Shown here in pieces: positions 29,678 through 39,272 of a stretch of DNA of 64,000 nt; position 1 is the first letter of the stretch; every line of letters begins with the position of its first letter. The DNA is from Verrucomicrobiaceae bacterium (lineage in GTDB: Bacteria > Verrucomicrobiota > Verrucomicrobiia > Verrucomicrobiales > Akkermansiaceae). The translations under genes were made by a program, and so were the position numbers. The notes beneath the pieces are model-generated. The model was given only the letters and a program-made list of their open reading frames with translations. It was not told the DNA's origin and made no database searches. Location of the stretch: positions 512,001-576,000 of the forward strand of contig JBPOGH010000001.1 of NCBI GenBank assembly GCA_051252135.1, in the 5' to 3' direction.

Positions 29678-30370
29678 CTACTCCTTCTTCGGTGAATCAA
29701 TCACAAGAGGCACCGATTTCTTCTCTTCCTCCTTGGAGGCTGGAACCTCCACCTTTGGCTCCTCTTTCGCGACCTCTTCCTTCTTTCCCTCTTCAGTAAC
29801 CGCATCTCCAGTCGTCTCATCGACCAAAATCGCCTTCGCCGGCGGCCCTGTCACCGCGAGACAGAGCAAATTATAATTGTGATTAAGAACAGCCGGAAAA
29901 GTCACCCTTCCCGGCTCGCGAATATTCTCGCGTAAAATTTTCGCTGACAAATCAGCCACCATTTCCGTCCCAATCTTGGCTGCCCGCTCCAATCCCACCG
30001 CACTGGCACCCAACTTCCCGGTTCCCGCCACCAAATCGCTGGTTACCCTTTTCCCCTGCAAGGCAATGGAACTCCGGGCCGATTCCACGACACCATCCGC
30101 ATCGAAGGTCACCTCAAGACTGGCGTGGTCATCACTCGCAAAACGCCCCCGCAAATGGTCAATCCGCACAGAAACATAAACCCCTCCATCCAGAGTTGGG
30201 GTAATCTCCGGCTTCCAGGTCCGATATTGGCTCCCCGACCTGACAAAATCAGCGTATTTCCCCTCCTTGGCATCCCAGCCTCCCAGCGATTTACCAAAGA
30301 GATCGAGATGGACAGTCGGAGCGGCCATCGAAAGACCCGTCGCAAGAATGAAAAGACAATATTTAATCAT
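29678..30370 (-). CDS. Hypothetical secreted protein
   Basis: Signal peptide, beta-rich core, Glu/Lys-rich tail. Confidence 0.75.
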   Translation of the reverse strand: MIKYCLFILATGLSMAAPTVHLDLFGKSLGGWDAKEGKYADFVRSGSQYRTWKPEITPTLDGGVYVSVRIDHLRGRFASDDHASLEVTFDADGVVESARSSIALQGKRVTSDLVAGTGKLGASAVGLERAAKIGTEMVADLSAKILRENIREPGRVTFPAVLNHNYNLLCLAVTGPPAKAILVDETTGDAVTEEGKKEEVAKEEPKVEVPASKEEEKKSVPLVIDSPKKE

Positions 30371-30421
30371 GCTGGTTTTCTAGCTGATACGAACAATAGC
30401 ACCGGTTTATTCAAAGAATAA

Positions 30422-30450
30422 GACCGGACCGCTGATTAAGCGATCCGGTC
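30422..30450 (-). terminator. Hairpin terminator after the sugar oxidoreductase operon
   Basis: GACCGGACCGCT-GATTA-AGCGATCCGGTC inverted repeat about 25 nt past the stop, U-rich downstream on the minus strand. Confidence 0.65.
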
Positions 30451-30474
30451 CTAAAACAATGTTTCGAAAAACAA

Positions 30475-31629
30475 CTACAGGTCCATTTTGGTCCAGGCTG
30501 CGTTATTCTTCGACGACTCCACGCACGCTTTGATAAACGCCATCCCCGATACCCCGTCATCCACCGTGGGATAATCGTAACCACCCTCGGGGGCCGGCTT
30601 CCCGTCGATCTTGTCTGAAATCGCTGCCGCTGCCGCCAGATAAACGTTAGCAAAAGCCTCAATGAAACCCTCGGGATGCGCAAATGGCGTCCGTGAATTC
30701 GCCTGCGCGGCCGCTCCGAGGTAGTCGTTCCCACGACGATACGTCTTCCGCGGCGCATTGGCGTATTTTACGATCAACTCGTTGGGATCTTCCTGGTGCC
30801 ACTCCAGCGATGCCTTCGTACCATAGACGCGAATATTCAGGTTGTTCTCGTCCCCGTTGGAAATCTGGGAAGCATAAATGATTCCTTTCACGCCATTCTC
30901 AAATCGAACCAGACAGTTGCCGTCGTCATCAAGCTCGCGTCCCGGAATAAAGGCCGTGAGTTCCGCTGCAATCTCCTCAACTTCAAGTCCCGTGATGTAT
31001 TTCACCAAATTGTGGGCATGGGTCCCGATGTCGCCGATGCAATTGGATGCTCCCGCAATCTTGGGATCAGCACGCCAGTTCGAAATCTTACCTGAGCCTT
31101 CACCTTCCACATCACCCACCGCGTATCCCTGGGGATACTCGGCCACGATCTTCAGAATCCGTCCCAACTCACCCTCACTCACCATCCGCTTGGCCTCTTT
31201 GACCATCGGATAACCGGTGTAGTTATGGGTCAGCGCGAACACCAAATTTGAGCCCTTAACCAGAGCCTGAAGCTCCTTCGCCTGATCAATATCCAGCGCC
31301 AGTGGCTTGTCGCAAATCACATTGATTCCTGCCTCCAAAAAGGTCTTCGCCACCGCGTAGTGCAAGTGGTTCTGCACCACGATGGAGACAAAATCGATCC
31401 CGTCTTCACGAGCCGCTTCGGCCTTCGCCATTTCCTCATAGCTCCCATAGACGCGGTCCGGATCCAAAAAGAAATCCTCGCCCGAAAGCTTGGATTTCTC
31501 GGGATCAGAGGAAAACGCCCCTGCAATCAGCTCAATCTTTCCATCCAGATTGGCCGCCATGCGATGGACCTGCCCGATGAACGCACCACGGCCCCCACCA
31601 ACCATTCCCATTCTGAGTTTCCGATTCAT
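30475..31629 (-). CDS. Gfo/Idh/MocA family oxidoreductase
   Basis: GMVGGGRGAFIG, ICDKP, GDIGTH, HPEGFIEAFAN. Confidence 0.92.
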   Translation of the reverse strand: MNRKLRMGMVGGGRGAFIGQVHRMAANLDGKIELIAGAFSSDPEKSKLSGEDFFLDPDRVYGSYEEMAKAEAAREDGIDFVSIVVQNHLHYAVAKTFLEAGINVICDKPLALDIDQAKELQALVKGSNLVFALTHNYTGYPMVKEAKRMVSEGELGRILKIVAEYPQGYAVGDVEGEGSGKISNWRADPKIAGASNCIGDIGTHAHNLVKYITGLEVEEIAAELTAFIPGRELDDDGNCLVRFENGVKGIIYASQISNGDENNLNIRVYGTKASLEWHQEDPNELIVKYANAPRKTYRRGNDYLGAAAQANSRTPFAHPEGFIEAFANVYLAAAAAISDKIDGKPAPEGGYDYPTVDDGVSGMAFIKACVESSKNNAAWTKMDL

Positions 31630-31644
31630 AATTCTCGCTGTCGT

Positions 31645-32724
31645 TTAGAGGTTGATCGCCTTGCCGGTCTCAGCCGACTTGTACATCGCATCAATGACCT
31701 GCATCAGAGCCAAAGCCTGCTCAGGTGTGTTAAGTGGCTCAGCCTTGCCGTCAATCGCTTCCACAAAGTTCGCTGCCGAATTGATCCGACCCATGTCTTC
31801 ACATTCTTCCACCTCGATCGTCCGGTTCACCGACTCGCCGTTCTCCTGAGTGTAGACCTCAAGCGTATCGATTGCCGTTTCATCCAAACCATCGGTTCCA
31901 AACAAACGCTCAATCTTTCCACCGGCCTTCGTGCCCTGAAACACAACGGAAACTTCTTCCCGTTTCACCATTTCCGCCCAGGAAACCTGAAGCGATAGTG
32001 ACTGCCCCGTCTTGAAGGTCACAAACCCGTGAGCCGCAGCCTCCACGTCGGTCTTGCCATCCGCATTGTCAGGAATTCCCCAAGGCCCCTTGTGCCCCGG
32101 ATCATTGATAAACGTATCATAGGTCCGCCCTAACACACTCGCAGGTTCGGGATAACCCATGAAATACATCGCAAGGTCAACCATATGCAAAAGATCAATC
32201 AAGGGACCGCCACCCGAAAGCGCCTTGGTCGTAAACCACCCCCCGAATCCCGGGATCCCGGTGCGACGAATCCACTTCGATTGCGCCGAGTTAATCGTCC
32301 CCATCTCACCCGCGGAAATTAACTTCATCAACTCACGGGACTCCGGACGGGCCCGATTGTTGAAGTTGAACATGAGCTGCTTGCCCACGGCTTGGGATAC
32401 ACTCATCATCTCTTCCGCTTCGTCCGCCGTAAGAGCAGGTGGCTTTTCGCAAAATACGTGCTTCCCGGCCCGAAGACACTGCAGGGCCAGAGGCGCGTGA
32501 AACTTGTTCGGCACGATGATGCTCACCGCATCCAGCACCGCCTTTTCCAGCATCTCCTCGACGCTCTCAAAGGCCAACGGAATATCCCATTCCTCGGCTG
32601 CCTTTGCAGCCGCGCCGGGCGCAAGGTCCGCCACTGCCACAATTTCGCCACCACCCTGACGGAAACCTGCCGCATGATACTGCAGCATGCCTCCGGCACC
32701 AATTACACCAATTTTTGTCGCCAT
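31645..32724 (-). CDS. Gfo/Idh/MocA family oxidoreductase
   Basis: GVIGAG, HVFCEKP, GIPGFGGWFT..SGGGPLID. Confidence 0.92.
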   Translation of the reverse strand: MATKIGVIGAGGMLQYHAAGFRQGGGEIVAVADLAPGAAAKAAEEWDIPLAFESVEEMLEKAVLDAVSIIVPNKFHAPLALQCLRAGKHVFCEKPPALTADEAEEMMSVSQAVGKQLMFNFNNRARPESRELMKLISAGEMGTINSAQSKWIRRTGIPGFGGWFTTKALSGGGPLIDLLHMVDLAMYFMGYPEPASVLGRTYDTFINDPGHKGPWGIPDNADGKTDVEAAAHGFVTFKTGQSLSLQVSWAEMVKREEVSVVFQGTKAGGKIERLFGTDGLDETAIDTLEVYTQENGESVNRTIEVEECEDMGRINSAANFVEAIDGKAEPLNTPEQALALMQVIDAMYKSAETGKAINL

Positions 32725-32737
32725 GATCTTATTCTAA

Positions 32738-33796
32738 TTACTGATTGTCGCCGTCGAAGGCGGAGTCAAACATCCCGCCTTCATTGCGCGGGAAGTCCAG
32801 AGACTTGGTAAAGGCGCAACTCTCGGTCGCACCGTGGAAACGCTCCATCCGGCCGTCTTCCCATTCCACCGAAAGCGGTCCGGAATAACGCGTGTCGTTA
32901 AGCGCCACAATGATCTCCTCAAAGTTGATGTCGCCTCGACCCACCGAGCGGAAATCCCAAAAACGTCGGGCATCGGTGAAATCCGTGTGTCCACCAAAGA
33001 CACCCACCGTTCCGTCACCGTGACCCCACCAGACATCCTTCATGTGGACGTGGTAAATACGGTCCGGAAACTCACGGATGAAACGCACGTAATCCACCCC
33101 CTGATAACCAAGGTGGCTCGGATCATAGTTGAACCCAAAACGCTTGTGTCCCTTCACCGCTTCGATCGCCCGGGCCGCCGAAGCAATATCGAAGGCAATC
33201 TCCGTCGGGTGCACTTCCAGCGCAAAATTCACGTCCACCGCATCAAAGGCATCCAAAATCGGGCCAAAGCGCTTTCCAAAATCATCAAAACCCTTCTGCA
33301 GGTAGGCCTGGTCCGTTGGCGGGAAGGCATAGAGCGCGTGCCAAATGCTCGACCCCGTAAATCCATTCACCACCGCACCGATCCCCGACTGCGGAGAACG
33401 CCCGGCCATGTAATCCTTGCCCGCATCGATAAACTTCCGGCACGCCTTACCCGCGTCAATCATCTCCTGGGCCGCACGCTGGCGCACTCCCTCGGGATCA
33501 CCATCGCCATAAACATGAGGAGGAAGGATCGCCGCGTGACGCTCATCGATGTGGTCACAAATCGCCTGCCCCACCAAGTGAGACGAAATCGCAAAGCAGG
33601 AAAGGTCGTTTTTCTTCAAAAGCTCCCACCGACCTTCCACGTAACCTTCTTCATTAAGCGCTTTCTGGACGTCAAAATGATCGCCCCAACAGGCGAGTTC
33701 CACCCCATCGTAGCCCATTTCTTTGACTTTGGGCAAAAGTTCGGCAAGAGGAAGATCGGCCCACTGGCCGGTGAAGAGTGTGACTGGTCTGGACAT
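32738..33796 (-). CDS. Sugar phosphate isomerase/epimerase (xylose-isomerase-like TIM barrel)
   Basis: [33 protein letters not shown] metal ligands. Confidence 0.9.
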   Translation of the reverse strand: MSRPVTLFTGQWADLPLAELLPKVKEMGYDGVELACWGDHFDVQKALNEEGYVEGRWELLKKNDLSCFAISSHLVGQAICDHIDERHAAILPPHVYGDGDPEGVRQRAAQEMIDAGKACRKFIDAGKDYMAGRSPQSGIGAVVNGFTGSSIWHALYAFPPTDQAYLQKGFDDFGKRFGPILDAFDAVDVNFALEVHPTEIAFDIASAARAIEAVKGHKRFGFNYDPSHLGYQGVDYVRFIREFPDRIYHVHMKDVWWGHGDGTVGVFGGHTDFTDARRFWDFRSVGRGDINFEEIIVALNDTRYSGPLSVEWEDGRMERFHGATESCAFTKSLDFPRNEGGMFDSAFDGDNQ

Positions 33797-33877
33797 GGTA
33801 GTGATTTAATTGAGTTGATCTAAAAGTTCGCTCCCAAACGTCTACGCGGAACGAAAAGTAACTTTCCAAAAAATGAG

Positions 33878-34258
33878 TCAAATCGACTCACCTTCAAGCT
33901 TGGATTTGGACGAAGACAAGAGTTTGGGAATAACTCTGACCCAGTGATGGATCAGGAGACTCAAAAGAGCCAGGAACAGAAGGTTCAGCCACTTCCATCG
34001 AAAGGTGACGGTGAAGCCGTTTTCATCCGAGAACACATCCAGAATCATCTCCTTCGGACCTTGAAGCTTCCTTTGAGGGTAAACCCTCACCGCCTCATAA
34101 AAAAACGAGGAATACCGCTCCTCACTGCCACCATCCTCGGAAATTACAACTGAAGAAAACAAAGGCACGTGCCCCCTTTCAATCAACAACCGGTCCAAAC
34201 TCCCCAAACCCAAAAACACGACTGCCGTTAGCAAAACGATCAAGGCCCTGATCTTCAC
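33878..34258 (-). CDS. Small hypothetical two-TM membrane protein
   Basis: GTG 34258 overlaps the vapC TGA (GTGA); hydrophobic N- and C-terminal helices. Confidence 0.55.
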   Translation of the reverse strand: MKIRALIVLLTAVVFLGLGSLDRLLIERGHVPLFSSVVISEDGGSEERYSSFFYEAVRVYPQRKLQGPKEMILDVFSDENGFTVTFRWKWLNLLFLALLSLLIHHWVRVIPKLLSSSKSKLEGESI

Positions 34259-34680
34259 CCTGCCCCTCCCTCCCACGGATTCAAAAGATCAATCGCAAGA
34301 TCATCGAAATCCCCCACGTTTCGAGTCACCAAGGTGAGACCCAAAACCCTCGCACTGGCAGCAATAAGACTATCTTCGACGGTCCGGGTCCGCATTGCCA
34401 AGATCCGCCCCGCCTCTTCGGCAATTTCCGCAGTCACCGGAAACACCCGTCGGGAAAACAACGGCTTCACGTGGTTCTCAAACCAAAACTCTAAAACCTT
34501 CGCAAATTCAGCGTCTTTCCTCGCAACCTGACCGATTCCTTTGCGAATCTCCATCAGACTCACCGCACTCAAAAAACACTCACCGGGCGCAACCGAAGCC
34601 TGCCATTCACGGACACCCGGGTCACATCGCTTCGGGTTGCGCAAAGCCGAGAGAACATTTGTATCAAGCAGGTAAGGCAT
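34255..34680 (-). CDS. vapC: PIN-domain type II toxin
   Basis: YLLDTNVLS, SLMEI, DSLIAASA, LVTRNVGDF. Confidence 0.92.
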   Translation of the reverse strand: MPYLLDTNVLSALRNPKRCDPGVREWQASVAPGECFLSAVSLMEIRKGIGQVARKDAEFAKVLEFWFENHVKPLFSRRVFPVTAEIAEEAGRILAMRTRTVEDSLIAASARVLGLTLVTRNVGDFDDLAIDLLNPWEGGAG

Positions 34681-34683
34681 CGC

Positions 34684-34926
34684 TTAGAATTCCAGCTCCC
34701 TCGCAAGGGTCTCACCACGTGAAAATTCAAAATCCTCTCGATCGCACATCTCAAATTTCTCGCAGCCCAGCGCCTCCAAAAGACTGCTTGGCTCACGGTC
34801 TGACTGCATCGCAACTTCCCTCTCAATCAACGTAGCCACCCAGCGCGAAAGCGAGGTTCCCGCATCGACTGCGCAGTGTTTAGCCTTTTCCCCTAGCGAA
34901 TCTTGCAACTTCAAGGTCACATTCAT
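34684..34926 (-). CDS. Putative ribbon-helix-helix antitoxin (VapB-like)
   Basis: 80 aa, MNVTLKL strand then helices (GTSLSRWV), acidic tail; ends 3 nt before vapC. Confidence 0.8.
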   Translation of the reverse strand: MNVTLKLQDSLGEKAKHCAVDAGTSLSRWVATLIEREVAMQSDREPSSLLEALGCEKFEMCDREDFEFSRGETLARELEF

Positions 34927-34958
34927 GGTGAGCACAGTAGCACAGAAACACAGACTTC

Positions 34959-36515
34959 CTAGTCAGAACTCTGACTCTTTAAAAACGCCTCAAACCTCGG
35001 AAGCACCTCAGCATAGATCGCCTTCGCGCCCTCTTCCGGGAGAATCGTCGATCCTTCCTTCGGACGACTAAACTGCCCTTCAAGAGCCTCCAGGTCCCCT
35101 CCGGTCGCCGCCGCAGCCCGCATCCCGGCTCCCACCGCCGCAGATCCCGGCACATCAAGCCGGTCCACCGGCACCCCAAAGACATTGGCAATCACCTGCG
35201 CAATTCCATCATTCGCCGACGCCCCGCCCGTGATCGAAATCCGCTCCGGCGCAATCCCCAGCCACCCGTAATGCAGGCGCATGTTCAAAAACTGCCCCTC
35301 AACCACCGCGCGCACCACACGTGCCGCCTCCTGGCTCCCATCCTCCGATAGCACCGCACTCCCCGTATCCAGACGGGGCGTAATCTCAGGCTCATAGAAT
35401 GGCAGCATCATCAGCCCTTCATTCCCCAGCGGAGTCTCGGCAAGCGCATCTTTTTCAAAAGCACTCCACTCCAGCCCATACTGCTCCTTCACCCGCTCCC
35501 GGGCCAACGACCCATTCTTGAAGCAAATCAGACTCATATAACCGCCCGCCGGATTACCAAAAGCATGCCCATAACCCTGCGGATCCGTCCGTGGCTCCGG
35601 CATTGCCGCAAACAAGGTATCACTCGTCCCCAAACTGATCACCACTTTCCCCGGCCGCGCCGCCCCCATCCCCACCAAACTGCAAGGATTGTCTCCCGAC
35701 CAGATCACCGTCTCGCACTCCGGAGAAAACCCATACTTCTCCACGAAGTAATTCGAAATTGGGCCCGATCCCGTAGCCGACGGCGCAACCGGTGGCAGTT
35801 TGTCCCCCAGCCCGTCTGCCGTCGCCGCCACCAAAGCGTCATCCCAATCACCCGTGGCCAAATTCATGAGATTCATCCCCGCTCCATCACCGTGATCAAT
35901 CGCCACATTCTTCCCGGCCAAAATGCTCGCAAAATACGAACTCACCAAATGAATGATCCCCGTCTCGGCATAAGCCTCCGGCTCCGTCCTTGCGAACTTC
36001 CGAATCTGCGAGCCCGTAAAGCGCTCCACCATAATCGAGCCGGAGCGACGACACACTTCGTCATTCCCGCCCACCGCTTCCGCAATCTCGGCACATTCCT
36101 CCGAGGTCGAACTATCCATCCAAATCGGCGAACTCTTCCGCGTCAAACAACCCGCCAACTGGCTACTCAAATCCTGCCCCGCATCCAGCGAAGCCAGTTT
36201 CTCACCAAAGCATCCCCGCAGATAAACACTCCCGTGCTGCTGACCTGATCCCGACACCGCCGTCACCGACGAAAAGTCGACCCCATCAGCCTTCATCCGC
36301 CCCAGAAGCAGATCAAGAGCCTCAACCCACATCAAGGGATTCGAGTGCACCTCGCCCCGCGCTCCTGATTCATCATAGCCATGGGGCTGACCAAAATGAG
36401 GCAGGTCTTTTCCAAAATTCACCGATGCTTCAGTCAGGATCTTTCCTGAATCCGTATCGAGAATAACAGCTGAGAGGCTTTGCGTGGAGGAATCTAAACC
36501 GAGAACGTTTGGCAT
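34959..36515 (-). CDS. xylB: Xylulokinase (eukaryote-like FGGY subtype)
   Basis: LGLDSSTQS, GQQHGSVY, PIWMDSST, ERFTG, GDNP, SLGTSDT, FKNGSLARE; follows xylA. Start set at MPNVLG. Confidence 0.88.
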   Translation of the reverse strand: MPNVLGLDSSTQSLSAVILDTDSGKILTEASVNFGKDLPHFGQPHGYDESGARGEVHSNPLMWVEALDLLLGRMKADGVDFSSVTAVSGSGQQHGSVYLRGCFGEKLASLDAGQDLSSQLAGCLTRKSSPIWMDSSTSEECAEIAEAVGGNDEVCRRSGSIMVERFTGSQIRKFARTEPEAYAETGIIHLVSSYFASILAGKNVAIDHGDGAGMNLMNLATGDWDDALVAATADGLGDKLPPVAPSATGSGPISNYFVEKYGFSPECETVIWSGDNPCSLVGMGAARPGKVVISLGTSDTLFAAMPEPRTDPQGYGHAFGNPAGGYMSLICFKNGSLARERVKEQYGLEWSAFEKDALAETPLGNEGLMMLPFYEPEITPRLDTGSAVLSEDGSQEAARVVRAVVEGQFLNMRLHYGWLGIAPERISITGGASANDGIAQVIANVFGVPVDRLDVPGSAAVGAGMRAAAATGGDLEALEGQFSRPKEGSTILPEEGAKAIYAEVLPRFEAFLKSQSSD

Positions 36516-36628
36516 GACTTTTGCTGGTTTGAGAGTGCCGTGATGCTTGGTTCGGCGCGGGGAAACCACCATGGGATTCGTGTCCCTGGTTTCCCTGCGC
36601 TTCACCACAACCGGCGGTTGGGTTTCGA

Positions 36629-37939
36629 CTAAAGGTAATCGTTGAAGAGATTCTCGAGACGCTCCTGACGTCCGCTCGCAAGCTGCGGCGGCGTGATTCC
36701 CTGTGCATATTGATCAAGGGACTCAAGGCTCGCCTTGCCGGACTCAATGTCCGCGCCAACACCCGCATCGTAACTCGAGTAGCGGGTCTTCACGAACTCG
36801 TCGAAACGACCGTCTTCGATGATCTTCGACGCAACCTTCAAGCCACGGGCAAAGGCATCCATGCCACCAATGTGCGCGTGGAAAAGATCTTCCGGCTCGT
36901 GGCTTTCACGACGTCTCTTCGCATCAAAGTTCAATCCACCGGTCGTAAATCCACCCATCTTCAAAAGACGGAGCATCACATTCGTTGTCCCGTAAAGATT
37001 GGTTGGGAACTGATCCGTATCCCAACCCAGAAGCTCGTCACCGCGGTTCGCATCAATCGATCCCAGCGCATTCGCACCCATCGCCACCTCAAGCTCGTGC
37101 TCCATCGTATGGCCCGCAAGCGTCGCGTGGTTCGTCTCAATGTTCAGCTTGAAGTGATCCAGAAGGTCATATTCCCGCAGGAAGTTCAAGCAGGCCGCCG
37201 AATCGGAATCATACTGGTGCGTGGACGGTTCCCGTGGCTTCGGCTCAATGTAAAACTGCCCCTCGTAGCCAATCTTCTTCGCGTAATCGACCGCCATGTG
37301 CAGGAACGCCGCCAGATGATCCACCTCGCGCTTCATGTCCGTATTGATCAATGAACCGTATCCTTCACGACCACCCCAGAAGGTGTAGCCCGGCCCACCC
37401 AGACGATGCGTCGCATCAATCGCATTCTTCACCTGGCTCGCACCGTAGGCAAAAACGTCGGCACTCGGAGAAGTCGATGCCCCCTGCGCATACCGCGGAT
37501 GACTGAAAAGACACGCCGTGCCCCAAAGAAGCTTCTTCCCGCTCGACTTCTGGAACGTCTCCAGCTCATCCACCACGCGGTGGAACATCTCGTGCGTCTT
37601 CGCCAGAGTCTCGCCCTCGGGAGAAATATCACGGTCGTGGAAGCAATAGTAATCGATGTCGATCTTCTCCAGAAACTCAAAGAACACCGGCACTCGGCCC
37701 AAAGCATTCTCCAATGTCTCCTGCCCGTTGTCCCAGGGCATCAGAGCCGTTCCATCACCAAAGGGATCACCCAGGCCATTGCGCATGCAGTGCCAGTAGG
37801 CCGCACCAAAGCGCATGTGCTCGCGCATCGTCTTCCCGCCGATCACTTCGTCGGGATTATAGTGGTGGAAGGCCAAAGGGTTATCGGAGTCAGGCCCCTC
37901 GTATTTGATCTTGGGAATGGTCGGGAAATATTCGGACAT
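36629..37939 (-). CDS. xylA: Xylose isomerase (class II)
   Basis: [48 protein letters not shown]. Start set at MSEYF. Confidence 0.97.
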   Translation of the reverse strand: MSEYFPTIPKIKYEGPDSDNPLAFHHYNPDEVIGGKTMREHMRFGAAYWHCMRNGLGDPFGDGTALMPWDNGQETLENALGRVPVFFEFLEKIDIDYYCFHDRDISPEGETLAKTHEMFHRVVDELETFQKSSGKKLLWGTACLFSHPRYAQGASTSPSADVFAYGASQVKNAIDATHRLGGPGYTFWGGREGYGSLINTDMKREVDHLAAFLHMAVDYAKKIGYEGQFYIEPKPREPSTHQYDSDSAACLNFLREYDLLDHFKLNIETNHATLAGHTMEHELEVAMGANALGSIDANRGDELLGWDTDQFPTNLYGTTNVMLRLLKMGGFTTGGLNFDAKRRRESHEPEDLFHAHIGGMDAFARGLKVASKIIEDGRFDEFVKTRYSSYDAGVGADIESGKASLESLDQYAQGITPPQLASGRQERLENLFNDYL

Positions 37940-38061
37940 TGTATTGGTTGGTAAAATTTCGGTCGCAGCTCGTTCTCTGCGCACTTGGAAGCTAGCAGAA
38001 AAACCTTTCAAATAGCCATGATCGAAACCATCGTTCTTTTGTCTTAATTCGTCACCACCCG

Positions 38062-38826
38062 ATGACCGCAAACCACAGCTCCATTGGAGAAAACGCCAAG
38101 TTTGACGAGTTTCTTTCTCGCCTCCGCTCAGGACAAATCGCCCTCGGCTTGTTCGAAGCCCTCCCCGAGGTCATGTTCTGGCTCAAGGACGAACAAGGAA
38201 AAATCATCTTTGCCAACCGCGCCTGCGCCGAGGTCCTCCGCTCCACGCCCGCTGCCCTTGTAGGCAAAACCGATCACGAGCTCTATCCCGCCGCCATGGC
38301 TGCCGTTTACAAACGGGACGACAAAAAAGTCTTCCGCACCGGCAAGCCCATGCAGAACAAACTCGAACTCCTCACCCGCCCCGATGGAAGCATCGAATGG
38401 CGCATGGCCTCCAAAATCCCTCTCTTCGACCTCAATGACACCGTCATCGGTACCGCCGGCATCTCACGACGCCTCGAGCACGGAGAAGGCCCACCGCTCC
38501 CCACTCCCCACCGCGCCATCTCGGAATTGATCGATCACATCAACGAGCACCTCGAAGAACCCCTCACCGTTCAGGAGCTCGCCGGGCGCGCCGGCATGTC
38601 CGTCAGCAGCCTTGAGCGCCGCTTCAAAAAATACCTCGGCACCACCCCCAAGCGCTACCTCGTCCACGCCCGCATCGCCGAAGCATGCACCCGCCTCATC
38701 AACACCACCCTCAGCGTGGGACAAATCGCCAACTCCCTCACCTATCAGGAGCACGCCTCCTTCACCCGTGCCTTTATATCAGTCATGCACATGAGCCCCC
38801 GCGATTACCGGGAGTTCTACCGGTAG
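38062..38826 (+). CDS. AraC family regulator with N-terminal PAS domain
   Basis: FWLKD...VGKTD PAS; double HTH LERRFK...FTRAF...SPRDYR; divergent from xylA. Confidence 0.92.
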   Translation: MTANHSSIGENAKFDEFLSRLRSGQIALGLFEALPEVMFWLKDEQGKIIFANRACAEVLRSTPAALVGKTDHELYPAAMAAVYKRDDKKVFRTGKPMQNKLELLTRPDGSIEWRMASKIPLFDLNDTVIGTAGISRRLEHGEGPPLPTPHRAISELIDHINEHLEEPLTVQELAGRAGMSVSSLERRFKKYLGTTPKRYLVHARIAEACTRLINTTLSVGQIANSLTYQEHASFTRAFISVMHMSPRDYREFYR

Positions 38827-38870
38827 GACATCTTTCCGGAATAAGTCCACCAACCGACTCTCCAACCCCC

Positions 38871-39257
38871 ATGAAACCCGCAGTTGCCTGGATTCTCCGC
38901 ATCGTTCCCGCCTTCATCATGGGGCAAACCCTCGTCTTCAAATTCCTGGGAGCCGCGGAATCAAAAGCCCTCTTCACCACCCTCACTGAAAAGGCCCTCG
39001 GCAACCCCGGCCTCGAGACCGTCGCCCGTCTGGGCACCGGAGTCGCCGAACTCGTCGCCGTCATCCTCCTTCTCATTCCCGGGCACACCGCAAAAGGCGC
39101 CCTCCTCACCATCGGCCTCATGGGGGGCGCACTCGCCAGCCATGTCGCCTTCCTCGGCTTCGCAGGCACGAACGGACAACTCGCCGTCATGGCAGTCATC
39201 GCACTCCTCTGCGCAGCCACCTACCTGGCGCTCAGCCGCAAAGCCTCGCGCCGATAG
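38871..39257 (+). CDS. DoxX-like membrane protein
   Basis: QTLVFKF, RLGTGVAEL, MGGALASH; start ATG 38871. Confidence 0.75.
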   Translation: MKPAVAWILRIVPAFIMGQTLVFKFLGAAESKALFTTLTEKALGNPGLETVARLGTGVAELVAVILLLIPGHTAKGALLTIGLMGGALASHVAFLGFAGTNGQLAVMAVIALLCAATYLALSRKASRR

Positions 39258-39272
39258 GGAAAAATCAGCCCC

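Noticed and set aside
32834..33823. 329-aa ORF antisense to the TIM-barrel isomerase
   Set aside because: Codon-bias shadow with H/R-rich composition.
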